Shown here in pieces: positions 13,618 through 30,558 of a DNA stretch of 64,000 nt. The notes under the pieces are model-generated. The model saw only the letters and a program-made list of their open reading frames with translations, ran no database searches and had not been told where the DNA came from. How positions within the stretch are numbered: position 1 is the stretch's first letter; each line of letters starts with the position of its first letter. The stretch covers positions 108,934,001 to 108,998,000 of the forward strand of contig OZ024744.1 in assembly GCA_964016885.1 (NCBI GenBank). Reading direction: 5' to 3'. The DNA comes from Eledone cirrhosa (Eukaryota). The position numbers were made by a program, and so were the translations under genes.

Positions 13618-13727
13618 CCCGCTGATGAAGCTGCATAAGAAGATTGTGTATTGTTGCATAATATATGCAGACAGATGGTGCAGTGCACCTTACTGCTGCA
13701 TTAGTGCGGCAGAAACTCGAGTCCGAG
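13618..13727 (+). ncRNA. Type I hammerhead motif with ~80-nt stem II
   Basis: cccg CUGAUGA a gcugcau...gugcggc a GAAA cucgag UC cgag. Palindromic stem III ACUCGAGU, GUC site. Confidence 0.7.
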
Positions 13728-13905
13728 AACCTTATAGGCACCCGTTTTACGTGTGTTGTGTTGAGGCAAATAACTATGTGTATACTCTGGTAATGTATCT
13801 TATATTGCCCATGGAGTGCCCTGAGATACAACCGGTACTGGCATTGATAAATATGCTGGGTCTGTCAACCCTTATTATATATATATATATATATGTATAT
13901 ATATG

Positions 13906-13942
<37 letters not shown>

Positions 13943-13944
13943 GT

Positions 13945-13985
<41 letters not shown>

Positions 13986-14011
13986 TATATATGTATGTAT
14001 ATATGTATATA

Positions 14012-14363
14012 TCATCATCATCATCATCATCATTTCATTTTACGTCCACTTTTCCCTGCTTGCAAGGGTGGGACGGGAACTGATGGTGGCTTGATTTCTA
14101 CAGCTGGATGCCCTTCCTAACACCAACCTCATTTACAGTGAGTGCTGGGTGCTTTTTTTGCCATGACACCTCCACGACCACTTTGCAGTGGAATGATAGG
14201 GACCCCAGTCCCTATCATCTCATTTCTACAGCTGAGTAAACTGGAGCAATGTGAAAAATAAAGTGTCTTGCTCAAGGAAACAACACATCACCCAGTCTGA
14301 GAATTGAACTTACAACCTTTCGATTGCAAGGCCAATGCTCTAACCACTAAGCCATGTGCCTCC
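14012..14363 (-). mobile_element. Family A CORE-SINE, full length
   Basis: Near-identical to the other family A copies. Confidence 0.85.
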
Positions 14364-14406
14364 ATGTATATATATATGTATATATGTATATGTATATATA
14401 TATATG

Positions 14407-14539
<133 letters not shown>

Positions 14540-14679
14540 GTATATATATACATATATATGTATATATATATATGTATAATATGTTGAGAAGGTAACACAC
14601 CAGAGAGAGATATATATAGTGTGTTATCAATAATACAGGGGAAAAAACCACCAGCCTATGCCTCCGTTAATTTATCGTG

Positions 14680-17153
<2,474 letters not shown>

Positions 17154-17300
17154 ATCATCATCATCATCATTTCATTTTACGTCCGCTTTTTTCCTGCTTG
17201 CAAGGGTGGGACGGGAACTGATTCTGGCTTGATTTCTACAGCTGGATGCCCTTCCTAACATCAACCTCATTTACAGTGAGTGCTGGGTGCCTTTTTTGCG
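17154..17300 (-). mobile_element. Family A SINE, 3' fragment
   Basis: Tail sequence only. Confidence 0.75.
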
Positions 17301-17343
17301 GACTTAAAATGATGATGATGATGATGATATGTATATATATATT

Positions 17344-17540
17344 TAGGAACGAGTAGGACCCCGACGGCAGAGCTCAAGCCGTTTCGATGGCTAATTCTGG
17401 ACTCTAGAATTAGCCGTCGAAACGGCTTGAGCTCAGCCATCGGGGTCCTACTCGTTCCTATTACCCACTCTACTACCCTAAGTTTTGAGTACTTTGGTGC
17501 ATTATGGTCCATCTGGTTCCTTAACACATTTCCTTTGTTA
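17344..17540 (+). mobile_element. Palindromic element (arms 17344-17398 and 17406-17460) plus ~80-bp tail; each arm holds the 3' half of a hammerhead
   Basis: GAAACGGCTtgagctcAGCCGT-C-gggg pattern. Near-identical copy at 30554. Confidence 0.7.
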
Positions 17541-17645
17541 TATATATATTTATATATATATAACTATATATATGTGTATATATGTATATATATATATATA
17601 TATAATATGTATGTACATATATGTGTTTATCTATGTATATATATA

Positions 17646-17960
17646 TTGGCGTTGCAATCGAAAGGTTGTGAGTTCAATTCTCAGACCGGATGATGTGTTG
17701 TTTCCTTGAACAAGACACTTTATTTCACATTGCTCCAGTTTACTCAGCTGTAGAAATGAGATGATAGAGACTGGGGTCCCTATCATTCCACTGCAAAGTG
17801 GTCGTGGAGGTGCCACGGCAAAAAAGCACCCAGCACTCACTGTAAATGAGGTTGGTGTTAGGAAGGGCATCCAGCTGTAGAAATCAAGCCAGAATCAGTT
17901 CCCGTCCCACCCTTGCAAGCAGGGAAAAGTGGACGTAAAATGAAATGATGATGAATGATG
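17646..17960 (+). mobile_element. Family A CORE-SINE, 5' truncated
   Basis: B box, CORE domain and tail present. Confidence 0.85.
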
Positions 17961-17987
17961 ATATATATATACATATATGTGTGTATC

Positions 17988-18030
<43 letters not shown>

Positions 18031-18039
18031 GTATATGTT

Positions 18040-18165
18040 GGAGATGCTACTCATCATGCTTGCCAAACATGTGGTAGAGAATGTAAATCAGCAGGAGGGC
18101 TCAAGCGACATGCAAAAATACATGATCTCCAACCACAGCCGACTATTCCCAGTGAATGTTTTGGT
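18040..18165 (+). mobile_element. RTE-type C-terminal C2H2 finger relic
   Basis: HACQTCGRECKSAGGLKRHAKIH, isolated, embedded after a TA tract. Confidence 0.45.
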
Positions 18166-18529
18166 TGCAGACTACCGGTACTGCCAATCCACTATGCGGT
18201 TTTGTCTAATAATAACAATAATAATAAAGCTTTGACAATAATAACTACAACAACAACAACATTAACAGTAACTATGACTATAACAGCAATAACAACAACA
18301 GCCTCAATATCTAAATATTTTGGAAAATCCTGTAGTTCAATTTGGTAATAGATAGTGGGTAACAACAGCAACAGCAGCTTTCATTTATTGATTAATTCAT
18401 TGATCCTAGTGTAAATCTATTAAACAGACATACTGGAAGAGGAGTATGTTTTGTTTTTTAAATAAAAAGAAAATAAATATTAAACCATTTTGTTTTTTAA
18501 TTGGTGGTGAAATACTTGTGTAAAATTAT

Positions 18530-19500
18530 AATTGATTCTACTTTTTGGAACAAGGCCAGCAATTACACAGTATATTACTGGTACTTTATTTTATCAAACC
18601 CCGTAAGGATGAGAGGCGAAGTTAACCCCGGCGGGATTTGAACTCAGAATGGCAAGGGCCGTAACTATATGCGTCCAAGCATGGCATCCGACGCTCTACC
18701 GATACTGCCAATCCACCACCCTTGAGTAAAATAATAATAATAATAATTGTTTCTACTTTTGGCACAAGGGCAGCAAATACCCCAGTATATTACTGGTACT
18801 TTATTTTATCGACCCCGTAAGGATGAAATCCAGAGTTAGATGAAAGACAAAGTCCACCCCAGTGGGATTTGAACTTGGAATGTAAAAAGTGAGAACTAAG
18901 TAAATTTCACATTGTTTCATCTGACATTCTAATGAACCTGACAATAAATGGGTTCTAATTTAGACACAAGGGCAACAATTTTAGGGGTATAAGTTCCAAT
19001 ACCTGACAAATTTCTATATTTTATCAACTTCAGAAGGTTGAAAGGCAAAGTTAACTTCAGTCAGCCAGGACAAATAACTGTTTCTACTTGTGGCACAAGG
19101 TCAGCAATTATGTCAGTGCATTACTGGTACTTTATTTTATCGACCCCCCCCCCCTCACCCCATAAGGATGAAAGGCAAAGTTAACCTCGGCGGGATTTGA
19201 AGTCAGACCATAAAGGGCTGTAACTATATGCCACAAAGCATGATGTCCGACCTTCTACCGATACTGCTAATCCAGCGCCAGGACAAATAAACAAAAAATT
19301 GTTTCTACTTTAGGCACAAGGCCAGCAAATACCCAGTGCATTACTGGTACTTTATTTTATCGACCCCCGTAAGGATGAAAAGCAAAGTCAACCTCGGCGG
19401 GATTTGAACTCAGATCGTAAAGGGACGTAACTATGCTGGAAAGCATGGCGTCCGACCCTCTACCGATACTGGCAATCCAGTGCCAGGACAAATAATGCAA
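18530..19500 (-). mobile_element. Cluster of at least five family B SINEs, young copies nested in older diverged ones
   Basis: Copies at ~18530-18720, 18745-18900, 18950-19060 (old), 19077-19276 and 19297-19481. gccaggacaaataa occurs three times as target duplication. Confidence 0.8.
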
Positions 19501-19828
19501 GGTATTTTGTCCAACACTCTAATAAATCCACCAATCCTCCACCAGGACAAATAATGCAAGGTATTTTGTCCAACACTCCTCCGCCATTAATAATAACAGC
19601 AATCATTATCATCGCCAACATTTAACATCTGTTTAAATGAACTATAATTAAACGAATAATGATTAAGATAATCATAAAGATTAACAACTACAACTAACAA
19701 CAACAACAGCAACAACAATGACAACAACAACTACTACTACTACTACAGCAGCTACTATGACAGCAGCAGTCAGTAACAACTACTACTACCACCACTGCTT
19801 TACTACCATGCCCACTCCTACTACTACT

Positions 19829-19873
<45 letters not shown>

Positions 19874-19996
19874 CACTCACTACCATTGCAACCAGCACCA
19901 TCGCTTGTGTTAATATCACAATTACTACTACCACCACTACTAGTATTACTACTACAACTACATTGTCCATATTCTGCAAGTAGTAGTTTTAACCAC

Positions 19997-20039
<43 letters not shown>

Positions 20040-20391
20040 TCTCTCACACACCACACACACAAGAAACCCAGGGATATTTATTCTTTATCACAGTATTATG
20101 GTGATCATGATTATAAAATTTTATTTTAGAAATTTAAAATTTATAAATTTATTTATTATTTCCTTGAAATTGCCGCTCATCAGAACCCCGAGTTCTAGGT
20201 TACTTAACAAAATGTATGAATTGTGGATAGACTTGGAATTAAAGGATTACTAGAGAGAATTGATAGACTCTTACTTCTAACAACAAAACAAGTATATGAA
20301 GAGATAAAGTGCTTCTGTCTAGAAGATAGGGGAACTTTTGTTGAAGAAGTCACTGAAGAAATGCTAATGGAGAATTTTGTTGATCATCAGT

Positions 20392-20788
20392 GGAGGCACA
20401 TGGCTTAGTGGTTAGAGCATTGGCCTTGCAATCGAAAGGTTGTGAGTTCAATTCTCAGCAGACCGGGTGATGTGTTGTTTCCTTGAGCAAGACACTTTAT
20501 TTCACATAGCTCCAGTTTACTCAGCTGTAGAAATGAGATGATAGGGACTGGGGTCCATATCATTCCACTGTAGAGTGGTCGTGGAGGTGCCACAGAAAAA
20601 AAGCACCCAGCCCACACTGTAAAGTGGACGTGTAGGCTCCACGGCAAAGAAGCACCCAGCACTCACTGTAAATGAGGTTGGTGTTAGGAAGGGCATCCAG
20701 CTGTAGAAATCAAGCCAGAATCAGTTCCCGTCCCACCCTTGCAAGCAGGGGAAAGCGGACGTAAAATGAAATGATGATGATGAATGAT
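20392..20788 (+). mobile_element. Family A CORE-SINE, full length
   Basis: ggaggcacatggcttagtgg ... ggacgtaaaatgaaatgatgatga. Confidence 0.85.
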
Positions 20789-21133
20789 CGCAAAGTGTAT
20801 AAGACATGGTGGCTGAGCAAGAAGGTGGGGTGTTCTAAGTCAAATTAACTAGTCGGTTCCTATCTGTAAGGTGTGGATACCCCTGAATCTTTATATATTA
20901 TATCATATCTTGTGTTAATTATTGTTTTATAATTTCATACTTATTTTCATATTTTATCACAATTTGTATATTGTATAACATCTACTCCTACTCTCATTTT
21001 TATATTAACTTCGTCCAGCCCCACATATATATAACTCCTATGTTTATAATGTTTGTGTCTAATAAATAAATCATTATTATTGTTGTTGTTATTACTGTTG
21101 TTGGTTTTGTTGTTATTATTATTGTTGTTGCTA

Positions 21134-21519
21134 GGGCGGTGGATTGGCAGTATCGGTGGAGGGTCGGACGCCATGCTATCCAGCATAGTTACGTCCCTTT
21201 ACGATCTGAGTTCAAATCCCGCCGAGGTTGACTTTGCCTTTCATCCTTACGGGGTCGATAAAATAAAGTACCAATAATGCACTGGGTAATTGCTGGCCTT
21301 GTGCCTAAAGTAGAAACAATTATAAGGGCAGTGGATTGGCAGTATTGGTAGAGAGTCGGACGCCATGCTTTCCAGCATAGTTACGTCCCTTTACGATCTG
21401 AGTTCAAATCCCGCCGAGGTTGACTTTGCCTTTCATCCTTACGGGGTCGATAAAATAAAGTACCAGTAATGCACTGGGTAATTGCTGGCCTTGTGCCTAA
21501 AGTAGAAACAATTATTATT
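21134..21519 (+). mobile_element. Two tandem family B SINEs
   Basis: Copies at 21134-21322 and 21326-21519. Confidence 0.85.
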
Positions 21520-21599
21520 GTCGTTGTGTTATTTCGTTTAGCTCAGTTCTGTCTCTCTATTGCTGGGCTCAGGCCTTCAACCAAGGACATTAGATGTTT

Positions 21600-23045
21600 T
21601 CATTGTAGAGAGAGAACTCGGCACTGTTATAGTGGTCATGAGCGTTGGCAGCCTGCATGGTGAATACCCTCCATCAGGGCGCTGGACAGATGAACCGGTA
21701 AAGTTGCTTGGGGTTTGGTTCGGACCAGACCTCCAGGTGGATAAGAATTAGGACGAGGTGAAGATCAGGGTAGCCAATCTCACCCAGAAATGGGCCAAGA
21801 GGAGGTTTTTCCCTGAAAGGTAGGGCAGAGGTGGCGAACACATTCATCGTGTCCATCATCTACTACCGCTTGACCGTTGTGTCTTGTCCCAAACCCCGTC
21901 TGACTGCACTGGAGTATTTGCTCTTCCAATTCTTGTGGAAAGGATGTGTTCCGATAGTCAGGTGGTCCATCTACTGACAACAGCTCCTGCGTGGAGTACT
22001 GGAAATGCCGGGGCTAATGATGCGCAGACATGCTCTGAGGCTACGACATCTCTATCTCTTCCTTAATAGTGAATAGGTGTGGTCGCCGTTTACCAGATGC
22101 ATGTTGTCCTAGCTCATATCCTTAACAGAGCTACAGTCCTGGGTCAAGTGGAGACCGAGAGAGAGCGCTTGGAATGTCTTCAGGAGCTTACAGCCCTTCC
22201 ACAATCGGGCAATATGATCAGTGGAAACCACCTTGGCGTTCTATAGAGGATTAGTGGCAGATAAAAGTGATGACGTTCTTAAGGGAACTCTAGACATTGA
22301 TGAAAATGAACTATCCTCTTTTTTCAGAAGGACGTTTGGTTCAGGGCCCATGGATAATTTCCAGAAATCTCTGTCATGGCAGTGCTACCGAGGAGCTTTG
22401 CCAGTTTGAGATAAACTCTACAGACATGGAAATGTCATCAGCTGGGCCTGTCCGAGATGCGAGCAGGACGATGAAACCGTCCTGCATGCAATCATCAAGT
22501 GTCCGAGCATTGCTGACTTGAGAGTTTATGTCGAACACCTGCTGCCATGTGTAGGACAAATTTGGTTATTCAACTGTGTCCATTGTGAAGATTGTCCCAC
22601 CCCCTTCTCAAGAAGGGCAGGCCGGTTTTATATTTCTTGTGGCCATGGTGAAGAGGTTGTATGGTGGACATGCTTGAAAGGTTTGAAGACAAGCACTTTC
22701 CTCTTTGGAGAAACCCTGAGTAACTTCTTCGGGTCCCACTTGAGGAGGAAAATCAGGGTAGAGAGAGAAGTGCTGCTTTCAAAGCAATTTGTTGAAAGGT
22801 GGGTGAAAGAAGCAAGCAGGGCTTAAGTGAATGGACCCACTCTGAGTGTAAGCCTGTAGATTTGAGGAGTACAACTGGACAGGGAACTTACCCTAAAGAT
22901 CAGAACATCTGTGGTTTTATGGGTTTTTTCCCACAAATAACCCTCGAACGTCTCCCCCCTGTTGAGGAAACTTCTTTGTTTTAATTTTATTATCTTTTTT
23001 TTTAACATTGTTAAAATTAGTTTACCCTTTGTGGGTAATAAAGAA
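21600..23045 (+). mobile_element. Tx1/L1-clade LINE, 3' half of ORF2 plus 3' UTR, decayed
   Basis: PVKLLGVWFGPDL...SLKGRAEVANTFIVSIIYYRLTV...LFQFLWKG, and QCYRGALPV*DKLYRHG...CPRCEQDDETVLHAIIKCP (CCHC knuckle). Contains stops and frameshifts. Confidence 0.8.
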
Positions 23046-23059
23046 ATCATTATTATTGA

Positions 23060-23255
23060 TGAATTGGCAGTATCGGTAGAGGGTTGGACGTCATGCTTTC
23101 TAGCATAGTTATGTCCTATTACAGTCCGAGTTCAAATCCCGTCGAGGTTAACTTTGCCTTTCATCCTTACGGGGGTCGATAAAATAAAGTACCAGTAATG
23201 TACTGGGTAATTGCTGGCCTTGTGCCAAAAGTAGAAACAATTATTATTATTATTG
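23060..23255 (+). mobile_element. Family B SINE
   Basis: Matches consensus. Confidence 0.8.
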
Positions 23256-23279
23256 TATTTGTTATTAATATTATTATGG

Positions 23280-23865
23280 CTCTGATCTTAGTGAAGGTAT
23301 AAAGTATAATGGCCTGGGCATTGATGAGGAGAAACTAAACAAGGTCTTCTGGAGGACTTCCAGGCTAGGGATTATAGACCATTTCCAAAGATCCTTGGCA
23401 CGGGAATGCTAGAGAGCAGCAAACCAGTTTATGACAAGCTCTATAGGTATGAAAGTTCCAACAGCCAAGATGCACGCAAGGTTTCAAAACCATCCGGCAT
23501 ATGTCTGTGTATTGTAGAGTTGTGGGCTTGTGTCAAGCAACTGTAGGACAGATCTGTCTATCAGCCAGGTCTATAGTGAAGATTAAATCATCTCCTTTTA
23601 GAAAGGAGGTGCAACAAGTCTACCTCTATCAGGTAGCTAGAGTGAAGGAAGCTGTACGGTGGACCCACCTAAAAGGATTGAGGACAGTGATCTTCTTCTC
23701 TGGCCAAGCCGTCATCAACTTCTTCAAGTTCCACTTGAGGAGGAAGGTGATGGAAGAGAGAGAGAGAGGTGTTGCCTTTTAGTGTGTTTTATGAAAGATG
23801 GGTGAGAGAGTGGTAAGACTGATGGGAATAATGGGTCAACTCTGACTATGCTTTCCTATACAGTA
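23280..23865 (+). mobile_element. Second, more diverged Tx1-like ORF2 3' fragment
   Basis: VINFFKFHLRRKVMEERE parallels LSNFFGSHLRRKIRVERE at ~22720. Confidence 0.65.
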
Positions 23866-23868
23866 AGT

Positions 23869-24222
23869 GGAGGCACATGGCTTAGTGGTTAGAGCATTAG
23901 CCTTGCAATCGAAAGGTTGTGAGTTCAATTCTTAGACCGGGTGATGTGTTGTTTCCTTGAGCAAGACACTTTATTTCACATTGCTCCAGTTTACTCAGCT
24001 GTAGAAATGAGATGATAGGGACTGGGGTCCTTATCATTCCACTGCAAAGTGGTCGTGGAGGTGCCACGGCAAAAAAAAAAAAGCACCCAGCACTCACTGT
24101 AAATGAGGTTGGTGTTAGGAAGGGCATCCAGCTGTAGAAATCAAGCCAGAATCAGTTCCCGTCCCACCTTGCAAGCAGGGAAAAAGCGGACGTAAAATGA
24201 AATGATGAAAATGATGATGATG
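23869..24222 (+). mobile_element. Family A CORE-SINE, full length, inserted in a Tx1-like relic
   Basis: Same consensus as other copies. Confidence 0.85.
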
Positions 24223-24904
24223 AGGAAAGAAACCAGGGCACGTTTAATGTCTTTAAGGAGACAGAGTATTTGAAGGTTTTGCGTGGGGTTCTACCTGAAA
24301 TTACTCCCCCCCCCCATTGGAAACTATTCCTAGTTGACATTTGGTATTGTTAACTGGATTATTACAATAACTGTTATTGTTTTCTCTTTGCTGATGCCAA
24401 TTTCCACCCATTCCAAACTGATTTCTATTTTTCCTTAATGTCTTCAGTTGTAGCCAATAAAAGAAATCACTACTATTTCAAATTAATTAACATCAGATTA
24501 CAAAAGTTTTAACATTCAATACACTCATGTCGTTAACATCCTTTCATTTGTTTAATGACTCACAGATTCTTATGTTAATTATTCAGCTAAGTTTTATTTT
24601 ATTTCTTATCTTTTCTCCTAAAAAAATAATTGATTTGTCTAAATGGAGACTGGAATGTCTTTTATTATTTACATTTATATCTTGTATGTATTTATGGTAT
24701 TTGGAATTTTTACATTTCTTTTTTCATTTATTGCTGCTGCATCTGCTGTCATTTCTGTTGTTGTTGATGTTGTTGTTGTTGTTGCTGTTGTTACTATTGT
24801 TATTGTCATGGACAGGCATGTTTTCCTCTGATGGCCATCGTAAAAGGGGGTTATATTACAAATGCTTTAAACCTTTTTTATACCGAACCACCTGAAACGG
24901 TTCC

Positions 24905-25146
24905 TGGTCCTATGTTACACCTAGTCCTATGTTACACCTAGTCCTATGTTACACCTAGTCCTATGTTACACCTGGTCCTATGTTACACCTGGTCCTATGT
25001 TACACCTAGTCCTATGTTACACCTAGTCCTATGTTACACCTGATCCTATGTTACACCTGAAATGGATCCTGGTCCTATGTTACACCTAGTCCTATGTTAC
25101 ACCTGGTCCCATGTTACACCTGAAACACATCCTGGTCCCATGTTAC
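24905..25146. repeat. 17-bp minisatellite (gtcctatgttacaccta)
   Basis: Units at 24907, 24924, 24941, 24958 and onward. Confidence 0.9.
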
Positions 25147-25746
25147 AAATCTGTTTTAAAGTTTATGTTAAACAGCTTCCATCATAATTTTATGAACCTT
25201 TGTTAAGTTATTTTCAAGCACCAACATAATAATGGGAAAGTTAGTTATATTACTAAATGCATGCGTATAGAAAGTACACAAGTACATATATATATATATA
25301 TATATGTGTATATATAGTATGAAAGTTAATTATATTACTAATACTATTAAGTCCCTCCGATTGTTTTTAGTATTGTCACTGTAAGAAATCGATTGACAGA
25401 ATTGTTAGTGTCAGACAAATGCTTTGCAGCATTTAGTTACAACCCTTTCAAATCCTACGATGGTCAACTATGCATTTTATCCTTCAGGAATCAATAAAAT
25501 AAAGTACCAGTTAAGTACTGGGGTTAATATAAACAACTTTCTCCTTCCCCCAAATTGCTGGCCTTGTGCCCAATGTTAAAAAGAATTATTATTATTGATT
25601 ATTTCAATGTTAAAATAACTACAGCAACATATTTTTCTGAACGGCTTTGAATGAAACGAAAACAAAACAAAAAACAATAAATTGCGATTAAAATACAAAC
25701 CATATTTCTTTTTAAATAAGTTTTTTTTTTATTTACATTTTTTCAG

Positions 25747-26191
<445 letters not shown>

Positions 26192-26525
26192 TAACAGTAA
26201 TAGTTATTTTAAAAAAAAAAAAAAAAAAAAAAAGTTTTGATTTTTTTTCTCATTTTTTTGTTTTGTATATAAGTTGTAGTATAGCAAGGTTGACAGGGAC
26301 TTTGAAGTGTCACCTGTGGTTGTCTTTGTCAGACTTTTTCCAGTACAGGCGAAACTTCGAAAGCACCAACATTTTCCTTGTAAAGTAAAATCCACACTTT
26401 TCTGAGATGTATTCAGTGCTCACTCAGTTAATATTTGACTGCTTTTATTATCGGATTACATTCAAAGTACATCAATTTATATATATATATCAATTTATAT
26501 ATATATATACACACATATATATATG

Positions 26526-26625
<100 letters not shown>

Positions 26626-26636
26626 TATATATATAT

Positions 26637-26990
26637 ATATTTATTAAAATAACAGATTAAAGTTTAAGCAAGAATCGCACCAAATAATGACGTATTATCT
26701 TCGTTTTTTTCCGTTCTTCGCCAGGGAACGTTTCCACGAACCAAAGTATCGTCTTCCTATCTTCTTTCAGTTGCAACGTTTTTTGAAATATTTACTTCTG
26801 TGTTCACAGATTGACTTTTTTAGTTTCAGAAGATCCCGTTAAGGGTGAGAGCAGCGATTCTTTGCTTAAACTTTAATCTGTTATTTTAATAAATATTTGC
26901 TCTAGGGTTCTTATATATTTGATATATATTTATCCTTATCGAGCTCCTCTTTGGATTTTAGTCTTCATTTATTATTATTACTACTATTTT
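26637..26990. mobile_element. Same family as 1721-1944, with a shorter inverted arm (26637-26678 vs 26853-26897)
   Basis: agaagatcccgttaagggtga...tttgcttaaactttaatctgttattttaataaatatttgctcta is shared. Confidence 0.7.
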
Positions 26991-28429
26991 AGTCTTCATT
27001 TATTATTATTACTATATATATATATATATATACACATATATATATACACATATATATATATATATATACAAATATAAATTCAGCGAGGATTGTATTTCGG
27101 CGGGTAGAAATAAATGAAATGCAATTTCCAATTTGTGTTGGCAAGCGCTCCATGGACCAAAAGAGACCAGAGCAATAAACATGTTATAAAGGCCATACAA
27201 ACTGAGACGGCGGTTAAGAAGCTATCACCCCCCCCCCCCCCCCCCCCAAAAAAAAACAACAAAAAAAAAACAAAAAAAAACAACAAAAAAACGAAGCAAC
27301 AAAAAAGGGTCAAACAAAATAAATGAATGAAATATTTACCCGGACCCTTGGAAATGATGGTATAATCCATTACAGGGTTTCTGCTGCGATACCTAAATCA
27401 ATAATACTGTCTGCTTAAAAAAATAAGCTTTTGGTATAATGATCGAACAAAGATATCACTTTCTCAACAGGTATTTTGTTCTGTGCCAGCGTTTTGAATC
27501 TCAGTGTTTTGAAAGCACATGTGTAACTCTACAGGGAAGAAAACCCCAAATTTTGGCAAATGAATTCAGTATGTGTAATCGATGAAAAAATTGCAAAAAC
27601 AATACAAATCGAATTAAGCTCTCGACCGAGTAGTTTTTAAAATAAACTTAAGCAATTAATCAATATATATGTATGATATATATATATGTATATGAGGAAA
27701 ACCCAAACACAAATGAAACTTGTAAGTCTCTGTCAACCTTTTCATTGTAAAGTAAAATCTGTACTCAACTTATATGTATTGAGTGCTCACTCAGTTACTG
27801 TTTGACTTTTATTTATTTGTTGTATATAAAACATATCCATTGAAATATGAAGAAATGCTGAATTTAGCAAAATTGGATTTCATTTCAAGTTGATGCAATT
27901 TTTTTCTTCCAAAACAGTTTTGAATAATTTCAAGAATATTCTGATATTAAAGAAGGATTTACACACATTATACAAGTCAATGTAGAATATGATGGTTAAT
28001 GTATGTAGGAAATATAATAAACAGTTGAAGATGTACCTAATATTTTTTTTTTTATACATGCAAATTTACAATATACAACAAAAAGAAAATAGTTCATAGA
28101 AAATGAATGAATTATAGATTTTAAAAAATATTTTCTAAAGAAGTTTGCAGAAAGAATCATGGTCATCTAATTTGTTTTGTTCTGACTGATTTCAGTTATG
28201 GAGCTTTCAAAGTTTCATTTTCAAGATTACATTTTTACTAGTGTTATGTATTTGACGTGTTGTTATGTATCAATAATATATTGATTGCTTCTATTTCATT
28301 AAGTACTTTATAAACTTTTGCATGAAATTCTCATTATATCCATCAAATATTTATTCCTTCTGAATTCAATTAATATTTTGATCTGAATGGTGAGATCTTT
28401 CAATATATGCTGCAGTGCCATCTTAAAGG

Positions 28430-29660
28430 ATAATTAATCAATCAGGATTAATAGCAGGAACCCGATTGCTCCAGTTCATATCAGCCCTCCACCAACTGTC
28501 TTCTCTGTGCCAACTTGCCCAGCCATGCCTGCAATCTTTTCTTCTCAGCCAGTCTGACTGCTCTGATGAAAAATGATGGAGGCGCCTGCCCCATCGCAGT
28601 GGGCAATGTCTTTCGACGACTTGCAGCCAGGATTGATTATTTTATTTGCCACAAGGGCGCAAGATAGTTTGCAAGTCAGGTCAAAGACGACCTGCGTGAG
28701 GTGCCCTGTCCAGCTTAGGGTGGGAATCAAGTGTGGATGTGAGGCTCCAGCTCATGTGGTCAGACATTTCATAGAGCACGTGCCTCCTTTGTCACCCCAC
28801 TCTCTTGTGAAGCTGGACATGACAAATGCCTTCAACAGCGTTAGGCAGGACCATGTCCTCGACACCTGTCCAAATATGCCCTCTCCATTTACCCTTATGC
28901 TAACCCCTCATATAGATGACCCAGCTTACTCATGGCCACTATGGCTGTCCAGCAAGGAGACCCACTCGGCCCGCTCCTGTTTGTGCTGGCAGTCAACAAT
29001 GTTGCCTGCTTGGTCTGGTACCTCATCAACTGGTACCCTTTTTGATGACAAATGCATTTGCATCGGAGTTAACCAACGCCTTGGCCTCCACGTGTGTGAG
29101 CCACATAAATACCATTTTGGGGCAGTCATTGACAAGTTCAGCCAGCACCCACTGTCTTGCTGCGAGAGCAGAAGCCAGTTCCATGACATGCCGCTCTGAA
29201 TGTCATTGAGGAGGAGCCTGGACGCAGCTGGCTTTCCATCACAACTGGAGACAGGAGGTCTCAACTGCGGGGACGGCAAGCCCCCCTGATGGAAGTACTC
29301 CCTTCTCATTTGAAGAAGGTAGATTCCTCATCTGGGACGCCACCTGCTGCGACAAGTTTCCGCCTCCAACTCAGTCACATTGGCCCCAAACCCTGGCATC
29401 GCAACCCGCCTCGCAGAAGAACATAAAATAAACAATTACCGGGGATTGTCTGGCCGCTTCCTCTTCGCACTGGTCGCCATCGAGACTTCAAGCGTATTTG
29501 GACCCTGTATTGTGGAGCTCCTCTGCAAGATCGGAAGGAGCCTCGTGTGGTGGGGTGGCTGTTGCAGCAGGTGTCGCTGGCCATTGTCCATAGAAATGCT
29601 TTTGCAGTTTTGTCCACCGTGGCACAACACCTGCTCCACCACTTCCTAGGCCCAGAGTCC
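28430..29660 (+). mobile_element. Internally deleted, decayed CRE-clade LINE (RT N-terminal half, zinc-knuckle relic, REL endonuclease)
   Basis: ALMKNDGGACPIAVGNVFRRLAAR, LVKLDMTNAFNSV, AVQQGDPLGPLLF, RLGLHVCEPH...HPLSC, LETGGLNCGDGKPP*W, LIWDATCCD, VAIETSSVFGP. Many frameshifts. Confidence 0.85.
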
Positions 29661-30109
29661 ATCACTCTCCCCCTTCTCTCTCCTTTTCTTCTGTGGTCCT
29701 AGAATCCTTGATTTTTCCCTCCTTTTCTTCACATTTATGGATTTTATAATCCTTTTGTTTGATTTTCCACACACAAGATTTGCCCTTCTTTATTCCTTCG
29801 CCATTTTCTTATTAATTAATTGATTACATTAAAAAAAAAATAGTACGTGGGTGGTAGAATTTAATATCACCAGCAGGCTCTTGAGGATACTTCTGTCACT
29901 ACCTCACACCTTCCAACTTGGAGACCCTGGAAATGGTTGTGGCTTCTGCTAAGTTTGCCTCAATCAATAAAGAAAAAGAAATGGTCTTGTATATAGTTTA
30001 TTGATATGTGTTCATGGAATTACTAAGTTAATCAGAGCTATGTTCATCTTTATGGAATTATTAACTGCCTGAGAATATTGACAACAATTTGCAAGACACT
30101 GTTTGCTAA

Positions 30110-30270
30110 GTGAGGTATTGGTGAGGTATTGGTGAGGTGTTGGTGAGGTGTTGGTGAGGTGTTGGTGAGGTGTTGGTGAGGTGTTGGTGAGGTGTTGGTG
30201 AGGTGTTGGTGAGGTGTTGGTGAGGTGTTGGTGAGGTGTTGGTGAGGTGTTGGTGAGGTGTTGGTGAGGT
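30110..30270. repeat. 11-bp minisatellite (tgaggtgttgg), about 14 copies
   Basis: Directly visible, bounded by gtttgctaagtga on both sides. Confidence 0.9.
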
Positions 30271-30470
30271 TTGCTAAGTGAATAGCATAACACGACCATG
30301 CATCTATGACAAACATTTCTACCTTGTTTGTGAGGCTACATAGAGGCTCCTTTGTTTGGTCAAAAGATAATATTGTACACCATCGGCCCTTGGTCCTCAT
30401 ATTAGTAACTCTAGCAGAACTATCTACCTGTATCAGTGAGAAAGAGCATCAACATCAGAGTGTGTGTGTG

Positions 30471-30505
<35 letters not shown>

Positions 30506-30516
30506 GTGTATGTGTC

Positions 30517-30553
<37 letters not shown>

Positions 30554-30558
<5 letters not shown>

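Noticed and set aside
18040-18165. C2H2 zinc-finger gene exon
   Set aside because: Single finger without a TGEKP linker or a clear acceptor. It resembles the terminal finger of RTE ORFs.
20392-20470. tRNA gene candidates at SINE heads (also 48271 and 63259)
   Set aside because: They continue into CORE and LINE-derived tails and lack a proper acceptor stem, so they are SINE heads.
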